Assembly (NCBI GenBank): GCA_045661265.1
Contig: JAZRFG010000177.1
Span: 1 to 38,208, forward strand
Direction of reading: 5' to 3'
Origin: Eubacteriales bacterium
Lineage (GTDB): Bacteria; Bacillota; Clostridia; Oscillospirales; CAG-272
DNA: 38,208 bases
The translations under genes and the position numbers were made by a program. Below are positions 18,044-26,977 of this stretch, in pieces (the first letter of the stretch is position 1; each line of letters opens with the position of its first letter). The notes below the pieces were generated by a model. That model had not been told where the DNA came from and searched no databases. It worked only from the letters and a program-made list of their open reading frames with translations.

Positions 18044-18403
18044 TCAGAACTTCAGGCCGCCCTCGCGAGCGCCTTCAGCCAGTTCCGATACACGCCCGTG
18101 ATAAAGATAGCCGCCACGGTCGAATACGACTTCGGTAATACCTTTTGCGCAAGCGCGCTCAGCGAGGGTCTTGCCCACGACGCGAGCTGCTGCCTTGTTG
18201 CTGCCGATTTCCTCGAACGCCTTCTCGTAGGTAGAAGCGGAAACAAGGGTAACACCTGCAACGTCATCGATGATCTGAGCGCTGATGTGTGCGTTAGAAC
18301 GATACACTGCAAGGCGGGGGCACTCTGCGGTGCCGGAGATCTTTGCTCTGACTCTCTTATGTCTCTTAAGGCGAGCCTGATTGCTGTCTTTTCTCGATAC
18401 CAT
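18044..18403 (-). CDS. rplR: 50S ribosomal protein L18
   Basis: ...[38 protein letters not shown]... Confidence 0.95.
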   Translation of the reverse strand: MVSRKDSNQARLKRHKRVRAKISGTAECPRLAVYRSNAHISAQIIDDVAGVTLVSASTYEKAFEEIGSNKAAARVVGKTLAERACAKGITEVVFDRGGYLYHGRVSELAEGAREGGLKF

Positions 18404-18421
18404 TTCAATCCACTCCTTTCA

Positions 18422-18982
18422 TTATTTACCGGCTTTACCGGCCTTACGGCGAATGTGCTCGTCGGAATACTTGACACCCTTGCCATGGTAGGGCTCGGGG
18501 GGTCTCTTGCCGCGGATCACGGCTGCGATCTGGCCAACGGCCTGCTTGTTGATGCCCTTCACCACGATGGTGTTGGGGTTGGGAACCTCGAAGGTGATAC
18601 CGTCGGGCTCAGCAACGACCAGGCTGCTCTGGGGAAGGCCGTTCACCAGAGAGTGGCCAAGGTAAAGCATCAGGTTCTTGCCCTGCTTTGCCACCTTGTA
18701 ACCAACGCCCACAACCTCAAGGGTCTTGGCGTAACCGGTGGTAACACCAACAACCATGTTGTTGAGCAGTGCGCGGGTAAGGCCGTGCAGGCTGCGAACC
18801 TCTTTTTCATCATTGGGACGGGTTACGATCAGCTCGGCACCCTCCTGCTTGATGGTGATTACGTCTGCGAAGGTCTCGGTAAGGGTACCGAGGGGGCCCT
18901 TGACGGTAACAACGTTGCCATCAGCGATGGTAACGGTCACGTTTGCGGGCACAGCGATAGGCATTCTACCAATTCTAGACAT
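18422..18982 (-). CDS. rplF: 50S ribosomal protein L6
   Basis: ORF 18422-19024 trimmed to ATG 18982 (GGAGGT upstream, after the rpsH stop). MSRIGRMPIAVPANVTVTI... Confidence 0.93.
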   Translation of the reverse strand: MSRIGRMPIAVPANVTVTIADGNVVTVKGPLGTLTETFADVITIKQEGAELIVTRPNDEKEVRSLHGLTRALLNNMVVGVTTGYAKTLEVVGVGYKVAKQGKNLMLYLGHSLVNGLPQSSLVVAEPDGITFEVPNPNTIVVKGINKQAVGQIAAVIRGKRPPEPYHGKGVKYSDEHIRRKAGKAGK

Positions 18983-18995
18983 CTTTCCTACCTCC

Positions 18996-19394
18996 TTACC
19001 AGACGAAGGCGATGACTTCGCCACCGATCTTGAGCTCGCGTGCCTTCTTGTCGGTCATCAGACCCTTAGAGGTGGACACGATCGCGATACCAAGACCGTT
19101 CATAACCTTGGGCATATCCTCGTAGCCGGCGTAGATACGCAAGCCCGGCTTGGACACACGGCGCAGGCCACGAATGACCTTCTGCTTGCCGGCAGTGTAC
19201 TTCAGCGTAACGCGGATAGTGCCCTGCTTGCCGTCCTCGATCACCTGGTAGCCCTTAACGTAGCCCTCAGCGACGAGAATGTCAGCGATGGATTTCTTCA
19301 TGTTGGATGCCGGGATATCGACCGTAGCGTGCTTCGCATTGCTTGCGTTGCGGATACGGGTGAGCATATCGGCAATAACGTCAGACATTTGCAT
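18996..19394 (-). CDS. rpsH: 30S ribosomal protein S8
   Basis: [22 protein letters not shown]... Confidence 0.95.
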   Translation of the reverse strand: MQMSDVIADMLTRIRNASNAKHATVDIPASNMKKSIADILVAEGYVKGYQVIEDGKQGTIRVTLKYTAGKQKVIRGLRRVSKPGLRIYAGYEDMPKVMNGLGIAIVSTSKGLMTDKKARELKIGGEVIAFVW

Positions 19395-19576
19395 AGTTTT
19401 AATCCTCCTGTATGCAAGTAATTTTTTCTTGCTGCCGAGCTTTGCTCGGCGGCCGATCGGCGGTTAAATCGAACTCCCTACTGATTTTGAGGGTCGGTCT
19501 GATTTCCTTCCGAAAGTTAGGGGTTTTTATTCTCACGGCCTCCCCCGTATGGGGGAAACCGAGCGAATCGGTAAGA
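19395..19576 (-). promoter_or_regulatory. unusually long, hairpin-rich rpsN-rpsH intergenic spacer (function unknown)
   Basis: 182 nt, the largest junction in the 31-gene cluster. Stems on the transcribed strand: tccccc/ggggga (19541-19556), ccga/tcgg (19559-19571), gccgagc/gctcggc (19434-19450), and the palindrome gccgatcggc (19452-19461). No U-tract follows any stem on the transcribed strand. Confidence 0.4.
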
Positions 19577-19762
19577 TTACCAGGATGCCTTCTTTACACC
19601 GGGGATCTGGCCCTTGTAGGCAAGCTCACGGAAGCAGATACGGCAGATACCGAACTTACGCAGGTAAGCGTGGGGACGGCCGCAGATCTTGCATCTGGTG
19701 TACTCACGCGTGGAGAACTTCTGTTCTCTCTGCTGCTTCAGAATCATAGACTTCTTTGCCAT
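19577..19762 (-). CDS. rpsN: 30S ribosomal protein S14 (short Zn-ribbon, type Z)
   Basis: 61 aa, [46 protein letters not shown]... with CxxC...CxxC. Confidence 0.95.
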   Translation of the reverse strand: MAKKSMILKQQREQKFSTREYTRCKICGRPHAYLRKFGICRICFRELAYKGQIPGVKKASW

Positions 19763-19780
19763 TGTTCTCTACCTCCCGGA

Positions 19781-20320
19781 TTATTGTGCGAAGGGAGCGC
19801 CCATCAGACGGAGCAGCTCTCTTGCCTCGGCATCGGTGTTTGCGGTGGTAACGAAGCAGATGTCCATACCACGGATCTTCTCAACCTTGTCGTACTCGAT
19901 TTCGGGGAAGATCAGCTGCTCCTTGAGGCCGAGGGAGTAGTTGCCGCGGCCGTCGAATGCGTTGGGGTTGATACCCTTGAAGTCACGCACGCGAGGAAGC
20001 GCGAAGTTGAACAGACGATCTACAAACTCGTACATACGGTCGCCGCGAAGGGTAACCTTTGCGCCGATCTTCATGCCCTGACGGAGCTTGAAGTTTGCTA
20101 CGGACTTCTTAGCCACGGTAGCAACGGCCTTCTGACCGGAAATGGTGGTCAGGTCGGTGATGATGTTCTCAATCACCTTGCTGTTGTCCTTAGCGTCGCC
20201 GGCACCGATGTTGATAACGATCTTATCAAGCTTCGGGATCTGCATAACGCTGGAGTAAGCAAACTGCTTCATAAGAGCGGGGGCAACCTGCTCACGGTAC
20301 ATATTCTTCATTCTTGCCAT
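19781..20320 (-). CDS. rplE: 50S ribosomal protein L5
   Basis: [20 protein letters not shown]...[16 protein letters not shown]... Confidence 0.95.
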   Translation of the reverse strand: MARMKNMYREQVAPALMKQFAYSSVMQIPKLDKIVINIGAGDAKDNSKVIENIITDLTTISGQKAVATVAKKSVANFKLRQGMKIGAKVTLRGDRMYEFVDRLFNFALPRVRDFKGINPNAFDGRGNYSLGLKEQLIFPEIEYDKVEKIRGMDICFVTTANTDAEARELLRLMGAPFAQ

Positions 20321-20336
20321 GTCAGTTTACCTCCTC

Positions 20337-20651
20337 TCAAAGCTTAGCGCCGCACTTAGCACAAACGCGGACCTTCTTGTCGCCGTCCATCTGTGCCTTG
20401 GTGCGAACACCCTTGTCACAGTTGGGGCAGTACAGAGCCACGCGGGAAGCGTAGATGGCACCCTCAGCATCAACGATGCCGCCGGTCTCACCCTGCTTGC
20501 GGGGCTTAACGTGCTTGTGGATGATATTAACACCCTTAACGAGGATCTTGCCCTCGGCGGGGGAAACGGCGATGACCTCGCCCTTCACGCCCTTATCTTC
20601 ACCGGAAAGTACGATAACGGTATCGCCGGTCTTAACATGAATCTTATTCAT
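20337..20651 (-). CDS. rplX: 50S ribosomal protein L24 (with C-terminal CxxC...CxxC)
   Basis: ORF 20337-20669 trimmed to ATG 20651 (GGAGGT 10 nt upstream). MNKIHVKTGDTVIVLSGEDKGVKGEV... Confidence 0.92.
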   Translation of the reverse strand: MNKIHVKTGDTVIVLSGEDKGVKGEVIAVSPAEGKILVKGVNIIHKHVKPRKQGETGGIVDAEGAIYASRVALYCPNCDKGVRTKAQMDGDKKVRVCAKCGAKL

Positions 20652-20668
20652 TTTACCGATTACCTCCA

Positions 20669-21037
20669 TTACAGTACTTCGGGAGCAAGAGACAGGATCT
20701 TGAGATAATCCTTCTCACGAAGCTCACGTGCCACCGGGCCAAAGATACGAGTGCCGCGGGGGGTCTTGTCTTCTCTGATGATAACGGCTGCGTTCTCATC
20801 AAACTTGATATAAGAACCGTCTGCACGCTTAAGACCGTGCACGCTTCTTACGATAACTGCCTTAACAACGTCGCCCTTCTTCACAACGCCGCCGGGAGCT
20901 GCCTTCTTGACAGCTGCAACCACGACGTCGCCGATGTTGGCGTAGCGACGGCCGGAACCGCCAAGCACGCGGATGCACATCAGCTCCTTGGCACCGGTGT
21001 TATCGGCAACTTTCATTAAACTCTGTTGCTGAATCAC
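20669..21037 (-). CDS. rplN: 50S ribosomal protein L14
   Basis: GTG start. [33 protein letters not shown]... Confidence 0.95.
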   Translation of the reverse strand: MIQQQSLMKVADNTGAKELMCIRVLGGSGRRYANIGDVVVAAVKKAAPGGVVKKGDVVKAVIVRSVHGLKRADGSYIKFDENAAVIIREDKTPRGTRIFGPVARELREKDYLKILSLAPEVL

Positions 21038-21110
21038 TTTATTTTCCTCCTACTTGCTTCGGCACGCTTCGACGTACCTACTGTTAGAATTCTTCAGTGT
21101 GAAGGCGAAA

Positions 21111-21371
21111 TTACTTCGCCTTCTCGATGATCTCGGTCACGCGCCATCTCTTCGTCTTGGAGAGAGGACGGGTTTCCATAACCTCAACACGGTCGCCTAC
21201 GCCGCACTCGTTGTTCTCGTCGTGAGCGTGTACCTTCAAGGTGTGCTTGATGATCTTGCTGTAAACGGGGTGCTTCACGTTGTCCTCGATGGCAACCACA
21301 ACGGTCTTATCCATCTTCGTGCTGACAACCATGCCCACGCGCGTCTTTCTCAGCGTTCTTTCTTCGGTCAT
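21111..21371 (-). CDS. rpsQ: 30S ribosomal protein S17
   Basis: ...[35 protein letters not shown]... Confidence 0.95.
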   Translation of the reverse strand: MTEERTLRKTRVGMVVSTKMDKTVVVAIEDNVKHPVYSKIIKHTLKVHAHDENNECGVGDRVEVMETRPLSKTKRWRVTEIIEKAK

Positions 21372-21383
21372 GATTTACCCTCC

Positions 21384-21572
21384 TTATGCGTTCTTCTGCT
21401 GAAGAACGGTCATTACACGCGCGATATCCTTCTTGACTTCCACCATCTTGTGGGGATTCTCAAGCTGGTTAACAGCGTGCTGGAAGCGGAGGTTAAAAAG
21501 CTCGCCCTTGAGTTCCTTGAGCTTAGCGTTAAGCTCTTCGACGCTGAGCTTATTCAGTTCTGCTGCCTTCAT
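21384..21572 (-). CDS. rpmC: 50S ribosomal protein L29
   Basis: MKAAELNKLSVEELNAKLKELKGELFNLRFQHA... Confidence 0.93.
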   Translation of the reverse strand: MKAAELNKLSVEELNAKLKELKGELFNLRFQHAVNQLENPHKMVEVKKDIARVMTVLQQKNA

Positions 21573-21575
21573 TGC

Positions 21576-21995
21576 TTAACCCTCCTGGTTTTCTTTCGTG
21601 ATGAACTTGGTCTTGATGGGAAGCTTGTGGCCTGCAAGACGCATTGCCTCGCGGGCAACGTCCTCGGCAACGCCTTCCATCTCGAACATGATGCGGCCGG
21701 GCTTAACCACAGCCACCCAGTACTCGGGAGAACCCTTACCGGAACCCATTCGAGTCTCGGCGGGCTTTTCGGTGATGGGCTTATCGGGGAAGATCTTGAT
21801 CCAAACCTCACCGCCACGCTTGATATAACGAGTCATAGCGATACGGGCTGCCTCGATCTGGTTGCTGGTGATCCAAGCGGGCTCAAGTGCCACAAGGCCG
21901 TAGGAGCCGTTGGACAGGGTGTTGCCACGCATGGCCTTACCCTTCAGACGACCGCGCTGTACGCGACGGTACTTCACTCTCTTAGGCATCAACAT
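21576..21995 (-). CDS. rplP: 50S ribosomal protein L16
   Basis: [25 protein letters not shown]... Confidence 0.95.
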   Translation of the reverse strand: MLMPKRVKYRRVQRGRLKGKAMRGNTLSNGSYGLVALEPAWITSNQIEAARIAMTRYIKRGGEVWIKIFPDKPITEKPAETRMGSGKGSPEYWVAVVKPGRIMFEMEGVAEDVAREAMRLAGHKLPIKTKFITKENQEG

Positions 21996-21997
21996 GA

Positions 21998-22780
21998 TTA
22001 CTTCGTGCCTCCTTGTCTGGGTGCTTTGCGCTCACCGCGGAAATCGCGGCGCTCGCCGTTGCCGCGACGGTTGTCGCGACGGTCACCACCGCGGTTGTCA
22101 CGACGGTCGCCACGGCGATCGTTGCGAGGAGCGGCAGCAGTACGGTTCACTTCGTTGAGCACCTCGCCGCGGTAGATCCATACCTTGATACCGATCTTAC
22201 CGTAGGTGGTGTTTGCTTCCCAGAAACCGTACTCGATATCTGCACGAAGCGTCTGAAGCGGAATGGTACCCTCGTGATAGTGCTCGGTCTTTGCGATCTC
22301 GGCGCCGCCAAGACGACCTGCGCAGCTGATCTTGATACCCTTTGCGCCAAGGCGCATGGTATTGCGGATAGCCATCTTCATTGCGCGACGGAATGCCACG
22401 CGGTTCTCAAGCTGAGATGCGATGTTCTCAGCAACGAGCTGAGCGTTGAGGTCGGGGGAGCGAACCTCAACAACGTTGAGGGCGACAGGCATGCCAACCA
22501 TCTTCTCGAGGGTTGCCTTGTACTTGTCGATCTGCTCACCGCCCTTGCCGATCACCATGCCGGGCTTGGCGCAGTGAACGAACACGCGGACGCGGTGGCT
22601 GTCACGCTCGATCTCGATCTTCGGAACACCGGCCTTCTGCAGCTCGGCCTTCAGATATTTACGAATCTGATAGTCGGAAACGAGGGTGTCGCCAAACTTC
22701 TGATCGTTGGTGAACCATCTCGAGTCCCAGTTCTTAATCACGCCTACGCGAAGGCCGTGAGGATTTACTTTCTGACCCAT
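21998..22780 (-). CDS. rpsC: 30S ribosomal protein S3 (with about 45-aa R/D/G-rich C-terminal extension)
   Basis: [23 protein letters not shown]...; tail ...[43 protein letters not shown]. Confidence 0.95.
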   Translation of the reverse strand: MGQKVNPHGLRVGVIKNWDSRWFTNDQKFGDTLVSDYQIRKYLKAELQKAGVPKIEIERDSHRVRVFVHCAKPGMVIGKGGEQIDKYKATLEKMVGMPVALNVVEVRSPDLNAQLVAENIASQLENRVAFRRAMKMAIRNTMRLGAKGIKISCAGRLGGAEIAKTEHYHEGTIPLQTLRADIEYGFWEANTTYGKIGIKVWIYRGEVLNEVNRTAAAPRNDRRGDRRDNRGGDRRDNRRGNGERRDFRGERKAPRQGGTK

Positions 22781-22794
22781 TGTTCGTTTCCTCC

Positions 22795-23127
22795 TTATCT
22801 TTCTTTCACAACCATGGTGACATGGCTGGTTCTCTTCAGGATGCGGTCAGCGCTGCCCTTTGCGCGGGGCATGATGCGCTTGAGCGTGGGGCCTGCGCAA
22901 ACGAAGCACTCGCTTACGTAGAGCTTGCTGGCATCCATGTGGAAATTGTTCTCGGCATTCGCGATCGCACTGCCAAGCAGCTTGATGAGAAGCTCAGAAG
23001 CTGCCTTGGGGGTGGTCTTGAGAATACCCATTGCTACGCCGGCATCCTTGCCACGGATGAGATCCAGAACGATCTGAACCTTACGGGGAGAGATGCGCGC
23101 ATACTTGAGATATGCTTTTGCTTCCAT
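22795..23127 (-). CDS. rplV: 50S ribosomal protein L22
   Basis: [27 protein letters not shown]... Confidence 0.95.
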   Translation of the reverse strand: MEAKAYLKYARISPRKVQIVLDLIRGKDAGVAMGILKTTPKAASELLIKLLGSAIANAENNFHMDASKLYVSECFVCAGPTLKRIMPRAKGSADRILKRTSHVTMVVKER

Positions 23128-23143
23128 TTCTTAATCCTCCCTC

Positions 23144-23425
23144 TTACTTACCGTTGTTGGATGTCTTGGAACCGGCATGGCCCTTGAAGGTACGGGTGGG
23201 TGCAAACTCACCGAGCTTGTGACCGACCATATCCTCAGTTACATATACCGGAACGTGCTTCTTGCCGTCGTGAACGGCGATGGTGTGACCCACGAAATCC
23301 GGGAAGATCGTGGAGGCACGGGACCAGGTCTTAAGAACCTTCTTCTCGTTCTTCTCATTCATAGCGCAGATGCGAGTGAAGAGCTTCTCTTCGACGTAAT
23401 AACCTTTTTTCAAACTTCTACTCAT
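23144..23425 (-). CDS. rpsS: 30S ribosomal protein S19
   Basis: [15 protein letters not shown]...[33 protein letters not shown]... Confidence 0.95.
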   Translation of the reverse strand: MSRSLKKGYYVEEKLFTRICAMNEKNEKKVLKTWSRASTIFPDFVGHTIAVHDGKKHVPVYVTEDMVGHKLGEFAPTRTFKGHAGSKTSNNGK

Positions 23426-23439
23426 TACTCGTTACCTCC

Positions 23440-24270
23440 TTACTTCGCATTTCTACGCTTGACGATGAACTTGTCGGTTCTCGCCTTCTTGTTACGAGTC
23501 TTATAACCCAGAGCAGGCTTGCCCCAAGGAGTGACAGGAGAGGGACGGCCCACAGGGGACTTGCCCTCACCACCGCCGTGGGGGTGGTCGCAGGGGTTCA
23601 TAACGGAACCGCGAACGGTGGGACGGATACCCTTATGACGGGTCTTACCGGCCTTACCAACCTTAACGGTGTCGTGCTCGATGTTACCGACCTGGCCGAT
23701 GGACGCCTTGCAGTCCAGACGGATAAGGCGAACCTCACCGGAGGGCAGACGAACCTGAGCCACGCCGTTTTCCTTTGCGATCAGCTGTGCAAAGGTGCCT
23801 GCGGAACGAACGAGCTGAGCGCCCTTGCCGGGGTAAAGCTCGACGTTGTGAATGAAAGTACCAACGGGAATGTTGGCGATGGGCAGCGTGTTACCGGGCT
23901 TGATATCAGCCTCGGGACCGGAGTACACCTTGTCGCCTGCGGTCAGACCAACAGGAGCGATGATGTAGCTCTTGTCGCCCTCTTCGTTCTGAAGAAGTGC
24001 GATATAAGCGCTGCGGTTGGGGTCGTACTCGACACCGACGACGGTTGCGGGAACCTCGTTCTGACGCTTGAAGTCGATGATTCTGTACTTAACCTTGTTG
24101 CCGCCGCCGCGATGACGGACGGTGATGCGACCGTAGCTGTTACGGCCGGAGTGCTTCTTCTTGGTGACGATCAGGGACTTCTCAGGGGAGAACTTGGTGA
24201 TCTCCTCGAAAGAAGGAACGCTCATCTGACGTCTTGCCGGGGTAGTCGGCTTATACTTGATTGTAGGCAT
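23440..24270 (-). CDS. rplB: 50S ribosomal protein L2
   Basis: [17 protein letters not shown]...[15 protein letters not shown]...[11 protein letters not shown]... Confidence 0.95.
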   Translation of the reverse strand: MPTIKYKPTTPARRQMSVPSFEEITKFSPEKSLIVTKKKHSGRNSYGRITVRHRGGGNKVKYRIIDFKRQNEVPATVVGVEYDPNRSAYIALLQNEEGDKSYIIAPVGLTAGDKVYSGPEADIKPGNTLPIANIPVGTFIHNVELYPGKGAQLVRSAGTFAQLIAKENGVAQVRLPSGEVRLIRLDCKASIGQVGNIEHDTVKVGKAGKTRHKGIRPTVRGSVMNPCDHPHGGGEGKSPVGRPSPVTPWGKPALGYKTRNKKARTDKFIVKRRNAK

Positions 24271-24289
24271 TTTTCTAAACCTCCTACTC

Positions 24290-24583
24290 TTACTTCATAC
24301 CATCGAAGAACTCGATGGTCTTAGAGTCAGCCGTGAGAGTGACGATAGCCTTCTTCCACTCGGAAGTGTAGCCGGCGTGCACGCCCATTCTCTTGGGCTT
24401 CTTCTTCATATTGATCGTGTTGACCGATGCAACCTTTACCTTGAACATTGCCTCCACAGCGGTGGCAACGTCTGCCTTGGTGGCGTTGCTCTGTACCTTG
24501 AAGACGTACTTCTTGGCGTCGAGCATGTCCATGCTGGCTTCCGTGATGACGGGTCTGATGATGATATCTTCTACCATTCTCAT
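24290..24583 (-). CDS. rplW: 50S ribosomal protein L23
   Basis: ...[23 protein letters not shown]... ATG overlaps the rplD stop by 1 nt. Confidence 0.93.
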   Translation of the reverse strand: MRMVEDIIIRPVITEASMDMLDAKKYVFKVQSNATKADVATAVEAMFKVKVASVNTINMKKKPKRMGVHAGYTSEWKKAIVTLTADSKTIEFFDGMK

Positions 24584-25206
24584 TATGCGTACACCTCCTC
24601 AAGCTTAGCGACGGCATCCTTGGCGATAATGAACTTATCGGCATTCAGCACGTCATAGACGTTCACGGTGTTGAACTGAGTGGTTACAACGCCGGGGATG
24701 TTTGCAAAGCTCTTGATGACCTTGGCGTCGATCGCGGGAAGAACCACAAGGGCCTTCTTGTCAGCGCCGAGGGCGTGCAGCATAGCAGCCATCGTCTTGG
24801 TGGAATAGTTCTCAGTGGCGATATTGTCAACCACGATGAGGTCGCCACCGGCAACCTTAGCAGAAAGTGCGCTGTAAAGTGCAACCTTCTTCGTCTTCTT
24901 GTTCATAGACAAGCGGTAGTCGCGGGGCTTCGGGCCCAGAGCGATACCACCGTGAGTCCACTGGGGAGAACGGGTGGAACCCTGACGAGCTCTACCGGTG
25001 CCCTTCTGTCTCCAGGGCTTCTTGCCGCCACCGGAAACCTCACTGCGGGTGAGGGTGGACTGCGTGCCCTGACGCTGATTCATCAGGTAGGCACGAACTG
25101 CTGCGTGGAGGACAGCACCGTTTACCTCTGCGCCGAAGATAACGTCGGACAGAGCGATTTCGCCGACTGCTTCGCCGGCCATGTTATAAACCTTTACGTT
25201 TGCCAT
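24583..25206 (-). CDS. rplD: 50S ribosomal protein L4
   Basis: [21 protein letters not shown]...[25 protein letters not shown]... Confidence 0.95.
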   Translation of the reverse strand: MANVKVYNMAGEAVGEIALSDVIFGAEVNGAVLHAAVRAYLMNQRQGTQSTLTRSEVSGGGKKPWRQKGTGRARQGSTRSPQWTHGGIALGPKPRDYRLSMNKKTKKVALYSALSAKVAGGDLIVVDNIATENYSTKTMAAMLHALGADKKALVVLPAIDAKVIKSFANIPGVVTTQFNTVNVYDVLNADKFIIAKDAVAKLEEVYA

Positions 25207-25224
25207 GGTAATTCCTCCTTCCGC

Positions 25225-25857
25225 TTACGCCTTGACCGAGTCACGGACGAACACGATACCGTTCTTGGCACCGGGAATGGCGCCCTTCACAGCAATCAGG
25301 TTCTTCTCAGCGTCGATCTTAACAACCTTAAGGTTGAGAACGGTAACCTGCTCGTTACCATACTGTCCAGCCATCTTCTTGTTCTTAAAGACACGAGAAG
25401 GGGTGGAGTTTGCACCCATAGAGCCAACCTCGCGGTGAATGGGGCCCACGCCGTGAGTAGAGCAAAGCGTGTGGTGGTTCCATCTCTTGACGGCACCGGT
25501 GTAGCCGTGGCCCTTGGAGATGCCGGTCACGTCGACCTTTTCGCCCGCGGCGAAGGTCTCAGCGGTGATGGCGTCGCCAACGTTGAGTGCGCTGCAATCC
25601 TCAAGGCGGAATTCCTTCAGGTGCTTCTTAGCAGCAACGCCTGCCTTTGCGAAGTGACCCTTCGCGGGCTTGCTGAGCTGCTTTTCCTTGGCATCGATGA
25701 AGCCAAGCTGTACGGCCTCGTAGCCGTCGTTCTCGGTGGTCTTCTTCTGCGTTACGACGCAGGGACCAGCCTCGATTACCGTAACCGGGATCACATTTCC
25801 GATCTCGTCGAAAATCTGAGTCATGCCGATTTTCTTACCGATAATACCCTTTTTCAT
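25225..25857 (-). CDS. rplC: 50S ribosomal protein L3
   Basis: ORF 25225-25956 trimmed to ATG 25857 (CAGGAGGAAAAC upstream). [32 protein letters not shown]... Confidence 0.93.
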   Translation of the reverse strand: MKKGIIGKKIGMTQIFDEIGNVIPVTVIEAGPCVVTQKKTTENDGYEAVQLGFIDAKEKQLSKPAKGHFAKAGVAAKKHLKEFRLEDCSALNVGDAITAETFAAGEKVDVTGISKGHGYTGAVKRWNHHTLCSTHGVGPIHREVGSMGANSTPSRVFKNKKMAGQYGNEQVTVLNLKVVKIDAEKNLIAVKGAIPGAKNGIVFVRDSVKA

Positions 25858-25986
25858 TTTGTTTTCCTCCTGTAAATTATTGGTTGACGTGTAAAGGGGC
25901 ACGCCAACGTGATTTACAAAGTTGCCGAGCTGCCTTGCTGTCTGAGTGCTTGGCATCGACTGTTATCTTTGTTTTGCCGTGTGGGA

Positions 25987-26298
25987 TCAGAGCTTGATCT
26001 CGATCTCAACGCCGGCGGGGAGCTCGACACTCATCAGGGCGTCCACAGTCTTCTGCGTGGGCTTGATGATGTCGATGAGACGCTTGTGGGTTCTCATCTC
26101 GAACTGCTCGCGGCTATCCTTGTACTTGTGCACTGCACGAAGGATCGTGATGATCTCACGCTTCGTGGGGAGCGGTACGGGACCGGAAACAGCTGCGCCG
26201 TTTCTCTTGGCAACTTCCACGATCTTCTCGGCTGCGGTGTCGATCAGGGTGTGGTCGTAGCTGGTGAGGCGGACGCGGATTTTCTCCTTGACTGCCAT
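25987..26298 (-). CDS. rpsJ: 30S ribosomal protein S10
   Basis: ORF 25987-26463 trimmed to ATG 26298 (AAAAAGGAGG upstream). [28 protein letters not shown]... Confidence 0.93.
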   Translation of the reverse strand: MAVKEKIRVRLTSYDHTLIDTAAEKIVEVAKRNGAAVSGPVPLPTKREIITILRAVHKYKDSREQFEMRTHKRLIDIIKPTQKTVDALMSVELPAGVEIEIKL

Positions 26299-26341
26299 TT
26301 GTTTTGCCTCCTTTTTGATTTTCGCGCCTCGCGCACACGCC

Positions 26342-26369
26342 TTTATATTAAATGAAGGCATTTTTGTAA
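26342..26369 (-). promoter_or_regulatory. proximal promoter candidate (P2) for the S10 operon
   Basis: Reverse strand TTACAA (26369-26364), 16-nt spacer, TATAAA (26347-26342), about 43 nt upstream of ATG 26298. Confidence 0.35.
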
Positions 26370-26434
26370 GGTGCGTTCTGTGGGGGGCCGAGAATGTTCT
26401 GACACCGCGCCGCGCGTTTCTTTTCTCTCCCGAC

Positions 26435-26482
26435 AAAAACCGGATTTGCCCACACATCAGCATCTGTACGGGTAGTTTCCGG
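26435..26482 (-). terminator. terminator-like or attenuator-like imperfect hairpin with U5 inside the rpsJ upstream region
   Basis: Reverse strand ccggaaactaccc...gggcaaatccgg (5+3 bp with an internal loop) followed by ttttt (26439-26435). Confidence 0.3.
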
Positions 26483-26612
26483 GGTCAGGGGTACTCATCA
26501 AACGCGAAGAGCCATGCCATAGCACACTCGTTCGCCCGTTTACGGACATACTCTGCGAAAATTTACCCACTTTCGTGGCAACCTCTCGCTTCATCGCATA
26601 TCAGACCCGTTA

Positions 26613-26641
26613 AGTATATCATATTTCTCCTTGCAAAGCAA
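26613..26641 (-). promoter_or_regulatory. distal promoter candidate (P1) upstream of rpsJ, extended -10
   Basis: Reverse strand TTGCTT (26641-26636), 17-nt spacer ending in TGa, TATACT (26618-26613). It would give a leader of about 305 nt. Confidence 0.5.
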
Positions 26642-26932
26642 CCCCTTGGGCGAAATTTCTTGCAAAAATTTTATGTAGAACTTTTCGAGAATTTTACCCC
26701 CTGTTTCTGTGCAACATATACAAAAACAGGGCATTTTCGGGCATTTTAAAGTGTTTCGTAAAGCGTTTCTGTCCTTATTTTCACACTTTTCCAGAACAGT
26801 TTTGTGCATTTTTGTCACTTTTTTGATCTCTTTTGCCTTATGCACCGATTTTGCACTGTTTTTTTGCTTTTTCGCCCTCTTTTCAAGCCAAAACGCAAAG
26901 ATTTCTTCGTTCACAAATTGTTCAAAAATTAC

Positions 26933-26941
26933 TGTTATACT
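26933..26941 (+). promoter_or_regulatory. extended -10 promoter candidate for the membrane protein/HTH pair
   Basis: TGtTATACT, 36 nt upstream of TTG 26978. No good -35, but phased T-tracts lie upstream. Confidence 0.4.
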
Positions 26942-26977
26942 AATGAAAACGACCGCATTCAGAAAGGAGATGTCGCC

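Noticed and set aside
19399-19536. 45-codon basic ORF filling the rpsN-rpsH spacer (GTG ... [45 protein letters not shown])
   Set aside because: GGAGG is only 2 nt from the GTG. The codon usage (ATA, AGG, TTA, AGT) is unlike the surrounding ribosomal genes. The ORF runs through the stable hairpins. It is kept only as an alternative to test by conservation or ribosome profiling.
25858-25986. 129-nt rpsJ-rplC spacer with a nested hairpin (gtaaa-t-cacg-ttgg-cgtg-cccc-tttac)
   Set aside because: It is longer than average, but it holds only one convincing stem and no U-tract. It was judged to be an ordinary processing or stability structure and is not reported as a finding.
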